Shown here one piece after another: positions 13,284 through 25,417 of a stretch of 64,000 bases of DNA; within the stretch, counting starts at the first letter, position 1; every line of letters begins with the position of its first letter. The DNA comes from Sporopachydermia quercuum (lineage: Eukaryota), in NCBI GenBank assembly GCA_001599295.1, contig BCGN01000001.1, positions 124,001 through 188,000 of the forward strand, in the 5' to 3' direction. Both the position numbers and the translations under genes were made by a program. Under the pieces are notes generated by a model. It was not told the origin of the DNA. It searched no databases and saw only the letters and a list, made by a program, of their open reading frames with translations.

Positions 13284-13896
13284 ATACGATAGATTGAAAA
13301 CAAGGATACCAACTCAATTTCAAATGATCATTAATCTAAATAAGATGTTTTATACAGAATCAACTTTAATTAGATAGCCCTTCTTCTGGACTATCAATTG
13401 GCCTACAGATTTTGTCAATACAGTTATTTGTTCATTTCACTCTTATATCAACATTAGAGGAATTTGTTCGTCCGAATGGTAAATCAACATCTTCTGACTA
13501 TAGATCTTGATTTGTACAGGCTCATAAACTTATTCGATATGCTCTCAATAACATAGATGATGCACCCGCGCAAAAGCTTGGTTCTTTTTATTGACATTGT
13601 ATCATTTTTAGGCTCTGGGAACGTTTCTTCAGCCGCGTCGCTTTATCAGTGCTTTCATTAATAGGAGGGTCCGTGAGAGCACGATTATTAACTGCTTTAG
13701 AACATGCAGAGGAAACTCATACTAGCATTGGAGCGCTCATACTTACTCAAATAGAGCATACTGTGGGTAGAAAGAAATCAAAAACTGAATCAGAAGCAAA
13801 AGCAAGAGCACTTTCAATTTCAATTTCATTGCTAGCAAATAATTTTTTTTTTTCATTTTTTTTTTCACCCAGCCCAGGAAGCTAGAGAACCTGCCT

Positions 13897-15265
13897 TCAA
13901 TTCACCTTCTTTTGGGATTTGCTTTTCCTCGTAATAGCTTCTTGAGCCTTGGTTTTACTATTCATTTGATTGGAGAGCTTTGCCAAGAAGTAGACATTAT
14001 ATCTTTCGATAACTCTTTCCAGAAGTCAGAAGCAACAACGTCTCACCATTTTTTNAATCTTCACGNCTCTCTTTTGACCAAGCCCGTGTTCACTTACTCC
14101 TTCTCCTTTACCCATATCAGTGCCTTCCTCAAATTCTTCATTTCCTTCACCATTAATATATATTCTTGCTCTTCTTGTTATTCATATTCACCTGTATCAA
14201 GTCCACAAACATCATGATATTTGTGCAAAGCATATCCTCTGATTGTGATATCTCTTGTGATATCAGGCCCATAGTTGTTCTCCTTGTTAAACAAAGAAAA
14301 TTGTCTATTTAAAACTCCTATTGATCTCTCGACTACCATCCTGTGTCTGAAATGAACCAAATTGAAATATTCCTTCTTCTTTAAGTCTATCAGATCCTTT
14401 CGTTCACCCACTAAGGTGATATCGGATTCCCCGATATGGGGAAAGTATATGGCCGACGGACTATAGCTTGCATTTNCTAANTAAAAATCATTGCTAGGGA
14501 CTTTGAATCCCCTTTCATATGAATCTCCCAGTACAAAGCTATCATGAGCCGAACCTTCCCAGCCAGCATTGACATACGAAACCCTTGATTGAAATCGACA
14601 ACCACCAAAACGTCTGAAGATCCGAAACGCTTGCTGTTCCTAAAGGCTCCCACATTGCTTTAGTATGGACTGGAATATGGGTTGATCAAATGCACCCAGG
14701 CAACTGCGCAATAAAGATGATTCTTTTACCAAACTGTTAACACCTAGAACGGTAATCTAGGCCATTTTGTTNCCAGTTTTCTAACGTACTTACATATCTC
14801 CCGGGTGTAGATGTGAATAGTATCACCGCTCGCTTCNCTGCAATCTTTCCTGTAAAATTCTATTTGAGTATCCAGATAATACAAATAAATAAATAGTTAG
14901 GTTCTCACGAGCAGTCGGAAATTTTGAATCTCGAAGACCAAAATTATATGATTCTTCTAAAAATATAAATGTTGATCTCTTCATATGCATCTCCTCCTCA
15001 AAACGACTACCATAGTTTGAAAGAAGATTTGTAAACCAAGCTTTATCAGAAACCCAGTTAAACGATTTTCTTCTCCAGCTCCTTTTGGTTTTAGTCACTC
15101 GATGACAAATTCAATGATTTGAGTTGGTCTAGTATATCGAATAGAAGACTCAATATTGTCTTTACTACTGTGTTGCTCGGTAGCATCCTCCAGAAACTCA
15201 TCATCCGACGAGGTACCACTTTCCGAACTGGAAACTTCAGACTCCTCAGACTCTTCAGATATTAT
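13897..15265 (-). pseudogene. PIF/Harbinger (HARBI1-like, DDE_Tnp_4) transposase pseudogene with several frameshifts and stops
   Basis: Motifs in the expected order across frames: RFEEEMHMKRSTF...LRDSK..TARENLTIYLF...SNRILQERLQXS, CLGAFD/THIPV, YVNAGWEGSAHDSFVL, PYRGIRYHL, FNLVH..HRMVVERSIGVLNRQFSLF and W*DVVASDFW (typical RDxIAxxMW). Confidence 0.92.
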
Positions 15266-16608
15266 ACCTACTTCAAACACTAGGTACCTTCTAATATGAA
15301 TACAGTACACATTATGATGTATTGATGTATACACGCTGTGATGTATTAGTTTATATAANAATGAAAAATTTGTATTTGTGGGCTCTCTTACGGCCTAACA
15401 ACTATCATCCAAAAGCGCGTTGTTAGTAATATTTATTAGCAACAATACGCTCTGAATTGGGACTTGCTTTGATTATTAGTAGTTATCCGTCCATTGATAA
15501 CAATAAACAAGTAAATCCGAAAACGACTTTAATAATACAATGAACAGTTAAAAAATTGACATCGAAAGGACATCCTATTGATGGCTTTGACGTACGTTTA
15601 TTGATTACGTAACTGGAAATAATATCTGAATGATGAGAATATATGATTACGTGATTGATTCTTTAATTGAAAAGACGATCTTCTCNAACCTTCATCCATT
15701 TTTCAGCAGCTTTTCTTTACGCTTTTGATAAATTTCTGTACATAGGAGTAGCCGAACCAGTTGAAAAAGTAATTCTCACATAGAAACATCATTTAATGTT
15801 CTTTGACCTTTTTTACTTCCTCAATAGATTTCTATTAACCTCACGTCTCATGCCATATCGTCTCATAGCAGATACTTTGGCCTTTCAGCTTCCTTTATCT
15901 CTTTCCGTACATATTATATGTCATTCTCATCTGCGCTGTAAGTTTTGGAACATTCTTCTTCATGATGCTTGCACAAAATTACCCATAAACAATACAAATG
16001 TTCTCAAGGTATGATCAAAACATTTGCCAATATTTTCATTTTAAACTTCCCTTTTTTCTTCTATTCCAATAGAGCTTTTTATCCATCCGTTCATTCTCTT
16101 GGTCTTGTCTCTTTATCTGTACATTTTATCTCAATCCGGAAATTGAAATCGAACTACTCATGCATCTGAAATCCGGTTTTGTACATCTTAATTAACTTAT
16201 TTGTACCATATCCATCTTTTTTTCTTTCTTTACACTACATATCGTAACCTTATTTTATCGGTAATCAATCGCCTTTCAATCGATATCCCTTTATCTTGCT
16301 TGCACTATCAACAAGTTAATAACTGTTCTGTCCTGTTTAATACTAACAGCTGGGTGTTTTAACGGCTACTAGATATTCAAATTTGATATTGGTTCAATTA
16401 GTTAGTATGAAAGCAGAATTAAACTTTCGAAGTATATTANTTGTAGTTAAATTGTATTTATAAATCAGTTTCACTGATATAGCTAGCACTGATAAGCTGT
16501 TAACAATCAATTGTTGTGTTCACTGTTGCATTTACTTCTTGAAAGCAGTAGATCCGAACTTGTCTGCTTTGAAGAGTAGGTTGCGGCTGGGTCAGCAAAA
16601 TAGTCACT

Positions 16609-19464
16609 ATGGGAAAGAATAATATGTCCAATAGTAACGAAACTGTTACTGATTGGCAAATAAAAGACAGAAGCGCTGGAAAGAAATCTAGATTCTGGGT
16701 TGTTCGCCAATCGCAAACNCTTGAAGACGGTGAAGAAATTAGTGTTGAGAATTCAGATGATATGATTCAACCAGAAGCTAAGAAGCCTGATATTGATAAA
16801 ATTGAACCTCTTTCTCATTATTCCAATAGTTCACATACATCTCTTGGTTCTATAATCAGCAGTGTGAGTTCTGAATCATCGTTCATTTTGAACCAGGTGT
16901 CGTCTATTGAAACTGAAAATAACGGTGAGACTATGGTTTACAAAAGTGAGAAACATAATACTGATGGACTTGATGCTTCTCGTTCGTATAGTATTATTGA
17001 TAGTTTACAAGGTGTGGATGCTATAGATGTAAATCATCATTCTTCTAGTACTATTACTACTCATGCTAGTACCAGTAATGTCAATAGTACTGTGAATGAC
17101 ACCATTAATTCTAGCTGGTCTGAACTTAATGGTAGCCCTTCAGTTCAGAGTATGATTCTTAATGAATATGATATTGTGACATCAAGAGATCTAGCTGCAA
17201 GTGTATCACCTGAATCTAATCATCCCAATCTCTCGAACGGTTCATTAACAAATGAAGGACTTCATAGCGGTCGCTCCGACACTGATTCTAGTGAATCTTG
17301 TTTTACTACTAAATCTCATTATCATTCTGGTACTTCTGACTTGTTTCGATTAAACAACAAAATTTCCGGTAAGACAGATAGGAAAGAAGAGAGAAGAAGA
17401 TGGGAAAGAAGCTGTCACGCAGCAGGAGAAAGAGAATCAAAGAAATATCATTATCAGAAGAGAAGTAACAGAGAATATTATAAGAAAAAAAAGGAGAAAT
17501 TACATGAATTTGATGTATTGAATGGCACATCGAAGCCAGAGGGTAGTTTGGTTTGGTCCGTTTTATCTAATATATTTCGCTGTTATGTAGCATTATGGAC
17601 ATTATATCAAGTTGGTTCTTATGTCAATAACAATTGGAATAACTTCATGCCTGAATCTCTTGAATTTAAAACTGAAAGAATGTTGGAAGAACGGATGAAT
17701 GAATTTTTCCTGAACTATTCGTTTCTTCAGCAAACAGGCCAGAGTACTAAAACAGTAAAACAGGCTCCTAATAGTCAAGAGGAGATATCTGAATTGATCA
17801 AAAATGATTATCATTCAAATGAGAACGTTCTCAAAGAAACCAGTTCAATAGTTTTAGATGGATTTACTATTTCTGTTGATGTTCCTTTTGTCAAGCCAAC
17901 AGAATCAAATTTACCAGAAGCATCATCAGAAATACCTACAAGCAATTCTAATACAAAGAAAGAACTATCTATTCCTCTAGCAAGAATAACCGAGTTACCA
18001 TCAGTAATAGGACTTGGATCATCCTTGTCCTCTTCTTCACACAAGGACTATGTCTCAAGCCAGTGGGAGAAATTTCCTGAATTGTTACCTGTAACTATCT
18101 ATGGGAAAGCATACACTAACGCACTTCCAAAATACACTGTTTCTCATAGAATAATGTATGGAAAGTCAGAATTGTATGAACAAAATAAGAATGCCTTCTT
18201 AGTATTGTCTAACGGAACATACATTAATCTATTACAAACTGGTGATGTCAATCATAAAATACGATGGCTAGGAGTTAGTGTTATTTCACCATTTGATGAA
18301 GTTGATGTCCCATTTGATGTTGTCCATGATAAATTGATTCACATAACATTACCCTATAAGAACAAGGGATCGGATGGTGAGGATGAGGACGAATATGAAT
18401 TCATTGACATTGATGATCAGCTGGGCACCTCTGTATTCCAGGAGTTGCCAAACAATGTTGTGTTAATATTATGGGATTTGAGTCCAAATAAAGCTATTGA
18501 AGTGATTACTGCTTTTATTGTGGATATGACTGAGAAAACTTTAGAAGTAGACAGAAATCAAACTAGAATACTCGAATACATGTGGGATAATATAAAGGTT
18601 GCTGCAATTCAAGTGAAGACAGCTATGGATTTGAAAAATCTACAATGGGCAAAACAAGCAACTATCTCACAATTCAATAGGTTTAAAAACTCATCATTAT
18701 CGACAAGATCTTATAAGAGATTCAGATCTATCGTCGATAATGTCTCAGCTAGAGTTTCAAATATGGGATCGTCATTTTGTAGTTCCAAAAAAGCAACTAT
18801 TACTGTTATTTCAGGTTTCATGAAAAGAGCAGGCTCTTGGACAACATATCAGACATATCAGTATAATGTATTAGTTCCTGCTGGTCAAGAATTGGCTGTT
18901 AGAGTAACAGAATCATTGGTCGTCCCGTATACTAAATTCACAGTAAAAGCCCAGAAGAAACTTATCACTGATGTTGTTACTTACTTCAAATCTAGAAGTA
19001 AAAGCATTATCAGCCATGTTGATGGTTTTTACCAATCGATGAAAATCGGTACAAAAGGCAATAATGATAACTATAATAAGCATAAGTGGTACTCCTATTT
19101 TTCGTTGCCGGGTTATGTGAGGAAGACAAAAACTATGTCGGCTGAAGGAGAAGAAGCAGTGTTGATTGCAAAACTTAAATCTTACAGCAATAATAAATCA
19201 GTTGCGTTATCAATAAAGAAAGGAAAAGAAGTGTTAGATTTAGCAGCAAAAGGAGGTTCTAAACTAATCTCTATTTCTCGAGAAAAGCTACCAACATTGT
19301 ATTGTGCTGTTAAACAAAAAGTTGGCCAAGAATTCTCTACAGAGCGTGGAAATCTAATCGTGAATTCGTTTGTTAATACCATTCGTTATGGACAAGAACA
19401 TTATAATTCACTTTGTAAATGGTGCAGCAAGAAGGTGGAAGAGTCAAAGGTCAAGAGGAATTAG
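16609..19464 (+). CDS. Hypothetical 951 aa protein; Ser-rich disordered N-terminus, basic patch, one probable transmembrane segment
   Basis: Long uninterrupted ORF with hydrophobic segment LVWSVLSNIFRCYVALWTLYQVGSYV preceded by YYKKKKEK. No family recognised. Confidence 0.8.
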   Translation: MGKNNMSNSNETVTDWQIKDRSAGKKSRFWVVRQSQXLEDGEEISVENSDDMIQPEAKKPDIDKIEPLSHYSNSSHTSLGSIISSVSSESSFILNQVSSIETENNGETMVYKSEKHNTDGLDASRSYSIIDSLQGVDAIDVNHHSSSTITTHASTSNVNSTVNDTINSSWSELNGSPSVQSMILNEYDIVTSRDLAASVSPESNHPNLSNGSLTNEGLHSGRSDTDSSESCFTTKSHYHSGTSDLFRLNNKISGKTDRKEERRRWERSCHAAGERESKKYHYQKRSNREYYKKKKEKLHEFDVLNGTSKPEGSLVWSVLSNIFRCYVALWTLYQVGSYVNNNWNNFMPESLEFKTERMLEERMNEFFLNYSFLQQTGQSTKTVKQAPNSQEEISELIKNDYHSNENVLKETSSIVLDGFTISVDVPFVKPTESNLPEASSEIPTSNSNTKKELSIPLARITELPSVIGLGSSLSSSSHKDYVSSQWEKFPELLPVTIYGKAYTNALPKYTVSHRIMYGKSELYEQNKNAFLVLSNGTYINLLQTGDVNHKIRWLGVSVISPFDEVDVPFDVVHDKLIHITLPYKNKGSDGEDEDEYEFIDIDDQLGTSVFQELPNNVVLILWDLSPNKAIEVITAFIVDMTEKTLEVDRNQTRILEYMWDNIKVAAIQVKTAMDLKNLQWAKQATISQFNRFKNSSLSTRSYKRFRSIVDNVSARVSNMGSSFCSSKKATITVISGFMKRAGSWTTYQTYQYNVLVPAGQELAVRVTESLVVPYTKFTVKAQKKLITDVVTYFKSRSKSIISHVDGFYQSMKIGTKGNNDNYNKHKWYSYFSLPGYVRKTKTMSAEGEEAVLIAKLKSYSNNKSVALSIKKGKEVLDLAAKGGSKLISISREKLPTLYCAVKQKVGQEFSTERGNLIVNSFVNTIRYGQEHYNSLCKWCSKKVEESKVKRN

Positions 19465-20851
19465 TAAAATTATGTGATTCTGTTCTTGGGAACAGTTATG
19501 TTCAATGAACGTAGCTGTTGTTTCCGTCAAGATTACATAAATTAAGTGNATATCTGAATGGATGGAGTAGATGAGCATGACCGGAAGCAGAATATTGTTG
19601 TTGAATAGCAATGGATATTCAAAACTCATCATCAGACAAAAGCAATTGGTTAACAGATCAACCGATTGACGGGAGTCTGAAAGTCAATAAATAGTAAAAT
19701 GACTATTTAACCATCTACGGTAATTCTTCCTCAANCGACTTTCGATGATTAACATACTTTGAGCATGCGTTTACTCTAAGTTCTCACTCACTATACACCA
19801 ATCAGAGAATATATCAGGTAGACGTCTCTATTGTTCGTACGTCATATTATCTCTACCTATCTATCATTTATCCAAATATTTTGAGGAATAACAATGGCAT
19901 ATGTTATTTTAGTTTCATGGAACAGCTGAGTTATTGGAATGTTCAAAGTACATTTATTGCAATTATTTTCTCTATTTAATTACTACCTTTATTTCTTTTT
20001 ATATTTTGTTCGCGTATTCTTTTTATTTTTTATTCATCTTACATATGTATTTTTTTGTTGGTTACATTCTATTGGGTTTTGTTGGTTACTGGTTTTCTTA
20101 TAATACAGTCAGGTATTATGTTAGGTATTGGATTATTACTTTATGTTTATAATTTTCAGGGAGTTGATGATTACAAAGTCAAATGGGTAGTATCTTGATA
20201 TATGATTACACGTTTATTTGTATGCATTTGCCAGAGGTATTATTTATACCTTCCCTTGGGTATTACTAATTAATTTCAATTTTCTTCCAGAGAGTATTTN
20301 ACAGAAAAGAAACTAACTCCTACATTATTTTAACTGATATCGGGTTGGAAGTATACATCAATGAAAGATGAAACCAAGTGAAAGGTTAAGAACAATAATG
20401 TCCACAATAAAATAAAATGAAGGTCCAAAGGAAGCTGGTTAGAATATCAATTACAGCATCTTCGAAAGCAATGGAAAGGGCACTTTTTTCAAATTAAACC
20501 AGCAAACAGTGTGTTCCGTGATCCAGTAAATAATGACTTTCCCCCGTGTTTGTCCGTGGTAATGAGTGATGTATCATTTATAGCACAATTCATAATATGA
20601 TGGAACTCCTTTGTCAGTCTAACAAACCATCGTTTTCTTGTTGGCAGCTGTTTATTATAACTGAAACGTGCCATCTACTGAATTTTTTTACTCATTCATT
20701 ATAGCATCCTACTTTACTACATCTCCAACATCATAAGCTAACATATTATACCATAGTAACTAACAAGCAGTACCACATTTTTCATATATACACGATAATC
20801 AAAATTTTCTAACAATACTTCTCTAACATTACTTCTTTTCAATATTGAGGA

Positions 20852-21197
20852 TTATTGTTTCTTTTGATCTTCAGGAAGTCCTAATTCATCCCATGGTACA
20901 GTGTCCATTAATTCACTGATCAGATTGTTAGCATATTATCCAATATTCCATTCCATTCCAATTCGTAGATTTGTAGATCATAATCACTTTCAATACATAC
21001 TGTTCCATACGACATTTCAAATAGCTTTTAGCTAACAATCGACAATTTGGTGCATTTTTCCCTTCAGTAAGCTTAATACATTTAAGGTAATCTACCATTT
21101 GTTTCCGGCATTCACTGTCGTGATCTAATGGGAAGGATCCTCTTTGAGGGGGTGTTGGTGACCAACTAGGAAGAGTTCCACCTGGTCCTCCTGACAT
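20852..21197 (-). CDS. COX19: Cytochrome c oxidase assembly factor Cox19 (twin CX9C); exons 21001-21197 and 20852-20915, intron 20916-21000
   Basis: MSGGPGG...[18 protein letters not shown]...YLKC...[17 protein letters not shown]. The intron GTATGT...TGCTAAC...CAG joins to [21 protein letters not shown], the expected Cox19 C-terminus. Confidence 0.95.
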
Positions 21198-22328
21198 TAT
21201 GATACTATGGTGATTATATATATAAACAGAAGATGAACTAACTGCCTTGTTGATAGAATTCGATATATCGTTCGTTGTTTGAATATAGTACAGACAAGTT
21301 AGTGCTGCTTTATCAGACTTGTAGTACAACCGATTTTTATTGATCGAAACTGTTATCAATTATGAAATACAGTAGCTTCTATCACAGATACAAGGCCATG
21401 AGCTACCAGTATGAAATATCAATAATCATACAGCAACCGCCAGCGTACTTTCTTCTATTTGTCTATCTGTCTATCTTCCTATCTCTAATAGTAGAAGAAT
21501 GTAGTAAATAGGAAATAATACAAATGAGCCTACTTGCTTGGGGTGGATAGTTAGTGATAGAAATTAAAGTTCAGAAAAGATTCACTTCGAATCTCCCTCT
21601 GACCGTAGTTTCGTATGTAGTTCCGAATAGTTTGTACTTACTTATACTTATGTTTAATTTATGGCACAGGAAGAGAATAAATAGGGTTGACCTAGAAAGA
21701 ACACTTGAGTTGACAGGTTCTACTATGAAAGTTAGGAGTCCCATTGTAAAGAGTATATTGAAAGTGCGTTGATATATTTATTGTAGCTTGTTCATTAGTG
21801 GTAATCGGATATGTGGTTTCTTTTATGGCTATGTAATGTTGACAGATTCTTAGTAGGTGAGAGGATCACTTCATGATGTAGAATATGAGGGTTTACAACT
21901 AGAATTGGCGNAAATGTCTATCAACATTGTCAAACTTGTTTTGAGTATCATATTTATTGGCAGCATTATGGATAAAGAGAACCTGTAGATCCTTTTCAAC
22001 TATATAAAAGATATTTCCACTTTCTTTCTAGCATTCAAGGTCATACTACTTGTTCCAACATATTATAACTTCTCTTATAGGAGACAAATATATCGAATCA
22101 TATTCTCTCTTGTTAAAGATTAAATAAGATCAGCATCGATTAAAACCATATATCTTTAATATGTTTAATTAAAACAACAATCCAATTATGAACCATTGAG
22201 TAATAAGGGAAAAAGTACATGAACAATATAATATAAAATCAGTTACAANGAAATGAAAATGAAAGTGCTTCTCAGTAGCAAGAAAATCAATAAAGTAGTT
22301 AAGAATATATAATACTATGCATTTATCA

Positions 22329-23858
22329 TCAACTTTCATCAATGCTTTTAGCATGATTCTGAGCTTTATGAATAAATTGTCCCTCTAAGTATCCTATTCT
22401 AGCTTCAGCAGAGACTAACCTTTGTTCAAGACCTATTATACGACTTTCTAATAACCCAATTAAAGCATAAGCATTCTGAGAATCCATAATAGGATTAGAG
22501 ATAGAACCGTTCATAGCACGAGTAATATGTTCCTCCTGCGCCAAAGCTCCCGCTCTTGGAACTGGTTTCAGTTTTGGGGTGGAACTGAAGGAACCACTGT
22601 ATGTAGAAGAGTTTCCTTGTGCGATAGTGCTCGAGACAGCTGTTTTTGATTCATTCTCTTTTTTGAAGTTAGGTGATAGTCTGAAACATAGGAAATTTGG
22701 TGCTGATCCACCATTTGTATCTGTTGATCCTCCATTCAAACCATTGGAATTACTGGCAGATGTATTCAAGTTTGCATTAGGATTAGATAGTATATTTCCA
22801 ATAAGCATATTGCTAGAATTTGGTGGAAAATTTGACGGCATATTTGCGTTATTAGTAGGTGTTCCTTCTATTGATAAACTTTTTCGTCCGACCTTAATAG
22901 CAGGTTCTTCGATTTCGGTGGAGAACCTTCTCTTGTTATTTACTTTCTTATCCTCTTCTTCTTGCACCGAGAGAACGGATTTTCCTCCTTCCTCTTCGGG
23001 ATTTGCTGAGCTTCTTTCAATAGAACTGGGACATCTACCTGCACTTTTCAAATGTCTAGACAAAGCATCACTTCTGGCAAACCTCCTTCCACATTTAGTG
23101 CATAGATAAGGTTTTTCCCCTGTATGTAATTTTTCATGACGTCGTAGGTCATTTAGACGTCTAAACCGTGAGGAACAGGTAGCACATATATGTGGTTTAT
23201 CTTCTGTGTGAGTTAACAGATGTGAGCGTAAATTATATAGTCTAGTGAAAACATGGTTACAGTGAGGACAAGCATGTCTTAAGACTTCTCCGGTTTTTGG
23301 GTTGATTTCTGGTTCACTAGAAGGGGAGGATGGTTGAACATTGTTCGATCCACTATCTTTGTTTTCTTGGGGAGCTACAGGTGGTGCTGATGTTGTTGAT
23401 GAATCCGCTGCTTCGGATTTTGCTGCTAGTGCTGTCACTGGTTCTTTTGATGAAGTTGTTGTTAATGTGGTGTCCCCTTTCGTAGAAATTACTGAAGCCA
23501 AGGGGACAGTTGATAAAGGTTTAGAGATGACAATATTTGAGAGAGATGACGGAGATGCGCTTTGTTGCCGCGCGTTCGTCAAAGCAGTGCTTATATTGAT
23601 AGAATCTGTTGTCGTTTTGGGGGTATTAGCATCAACACCTGTTGTTTTTGCTAATGGAGTACCATTTGAAGAATTTGATACGGAAGGTATAGTAGATTGT
23701 ATAGGGATAAATGATGTCAGTGGTGTAGCTGGTGCTTTGGTGCTCTCTTCAGAAGGAATATTGATAGAAGTAGTATTAGCTCCTGTAACAGTTTTTGCAG
23801 TATTAGCACTGGCAGTTACTGCAGTTTCTGGTGTAGAACTTGAAGCAGCAACAGACAT
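22329..23858 (-). CDS. C2H2 zinc-finger transcription factor (three fingers)
   Basis: CPHCNHVFTRLYNLRSHLLTH-TEDKP-HICATC..FRRLNDLRRHEKLH-TGEKP-YLCTKCGRRFARSDALSRH, with S/T-rich flanks and a C-terminal coiled coil (LESRIIGLEQRL). Confidence 0.9.
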   Translation of the reverse strand: MSVAASSSTPETAVTASANTAKTVTGANTTSINIPSEESTKAPATPLTSFIPIQSTIPSVSNSSNGTPLAKTTGVDANTPKTTTDSINISTALTNARQQSASPSSLSNIVISKPLSTVPLASVISTKGDTTLTTTSSKEPVTALAAKSEAADSSTTSAPPVAPQENKDSGSNNVQPSSPSSEPEINPKTGEVLRHACPHCNHVFTRLYNLRSHLLTHTEDKPHICATCSSRFRRLNDLRRHEKLHTGEKPYLCTKCGRRFARSDALSRHLKSAGRCPSSIERSSANPEEEGGKSVLSVQEEEDKKVNNKRRFSTEIEEPAIKVGRKSLSIEGTPTNNANMPSNFPPNSSNMLIGNILSNPNANLNTSASNSNGLNGGSTDTNGGSAPNFLCFRLSPNFKKENESKTAVSSTIAQGNSSTYSGSFSSTPKLKPVPRAGALAQEEHITRAMNGSISNPIMDSQNAYALIGLLESRIIGLEQRLVSAEARIGYLEGQFIHKAQNHAKSIDES

Positions 23859-25417
23859 TCTAATGATTTATAAAAGTTGACAATAATTAATTAACTCCAA
23901 CGTATTCCTCATAAATACTGTACACTTTGTCTGTTATTTTTCAATCTAACATTTAATTGCAAAGATGCTTCTCGAGGCAAGTATTCCGTTCATAACAATA
24001 CAATACAAATTGTTCCAACAGAAATATGTTCTTTCGCGCAGCAAATCTCAAAAGTTATTTGTGTCTAAACAAGATAAATGTAACAAATATCCACTTTTTT
24101 ATCCCCGTTAATAAATAATCATGAATGTGTTATAAGAGTAGGTAGGTAAAGAAATGAAATGAAAGAGTTGTTGACCAGAAGAAATAGCAGACTGAATGAA
24201 GGCTAAAGAAGGAAAAGAAGGCTCAGCAGATGAAGATATTTCCTAATTGATGAGTTTTAGTTGAAACATACAATATCGATTGTTCCAGAAATGGATACTT
24301 GAGTAACTTGTTAGTTCTGTTTTCAGCGAGGTGTGTATAACTTTAAGTTGAGAAAAAGCGGGTTAGCCACTCAAAAGATGACATGTAAATTAGCATTGTT
24401 TCTCATAATGTAAAGTTTAAGATGTGTGTGGCTTCAAGGAGTAGAGTAAATCTGAGGTATTTAATGAAGGATTCTGATTAAAGGGTATTTATGGAATATA
24501 AAAAGCTGTTTTCACTNATTCCCAGTTTATTGTATTCAAATGTNTTGCAGTCTTAACAGGTACTTTAATGTTAAATTTGGAGTACTTATACTTAAAGCAG
24601 TGAGCCACTGAAGAATATAATTATAATTTGAGTTTCTTTGTTAGCTAACTCTAAGTAGTGGCTTTAGCTCAAACTTTCTCCCCTCTCCTATTTTTGCACA
24701 AGATTTCTCATTGAAATTTCCAGATTCAGATGATATTGCCGTTTAAGCTTAAAACGTTAAATAGTGATATGTTCAGTAGCACATCAGTGGCTCATCCGGA
24801 GGTTCGTGGTGGCTTGACTTTAGAATGAGAAAAGGAGACAAAGAGGAGAGCGCGATCAATTAAGCATTCAAAGAGTTTACAGTAGTTTCGAATCCATCTC
24901 CAAATGTATAAGAAATTTCTGGGGTCTATAAGGAAGATTAGTGCCGAAGCAATAGCGTTTCTACATATACATGAACTGGAATCAAATATTATTAGGAAGA
25001 ACTCGCTATTCATTGTGACACTTGGAATTTATCCTCTTTTCACTTACTTAGTTATTTGTGAGGCTCAGGAAAATCTTACTTAAGTTCACTTTAGTCATTG
25101 CGTAGCGATCGCTGATTTTTACAAGTTATTCCCCAATATTGTCTTTCATCCACTCTACCATGTGATCAAAAATCTTTCGTCCTATCCAATACTATAATAT
25201 ATAGTTATTGAGTTTGGTATGTAATACCGTATCAGAAATAAATGCTTATAAACAATGGGTAAGAACATCATGTTTCAAGCAGAGTACTCCTTAGGATATA
25301 CATACAAAGCATACTAAACCTAAAGGTAGATAATCTTAGAAACAATCTTAATGTACAATTGATCCAGGTGAATAAATGTTAATCGTTTTCATAACAAAAA
25401 TCATCATAGTCAACACT

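Larger units (their letters stand above)
12455..15330. mobile_element. Degenerate PIF/Harbinger-superfamily DNA transposon (convergent Myb/SANT-like ORF on + and DDE transposase on -); termini not identified
   Basis: Both genes diagnostic of an autonomous PIF/Harbinger element lie adjacent as pseudogenes (see the next two entries). Boundaries are approximate. Confidence 0.85.

Noticed and set aside
12511..15390. TAAGAGATCC (12511) and GGCTCTCTTA (15381-15390) as Harbinger TIRs with a TAA/TTA target duplication
   Set aside because: Only 9 of 10 bases match and the match does not extend. The left copy lies inside the reading frame of the Myb-like pseudogene, so it is unlikely to be a terminus.
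20928..21359. ORF-track 143 aa version of COX19
   Set aside because: Starts at a non-ATG codon and reads into the intron; the spliced model gives the conserved C-terminus.
24870..24905. B-box-like GTTTCGAATCC suggesting a tRNA
   Set aside because: No cloverleaf stems or A-box at the right spacing. No tRNA, rRNA or CRISPR array was recognised anywhere in the window.
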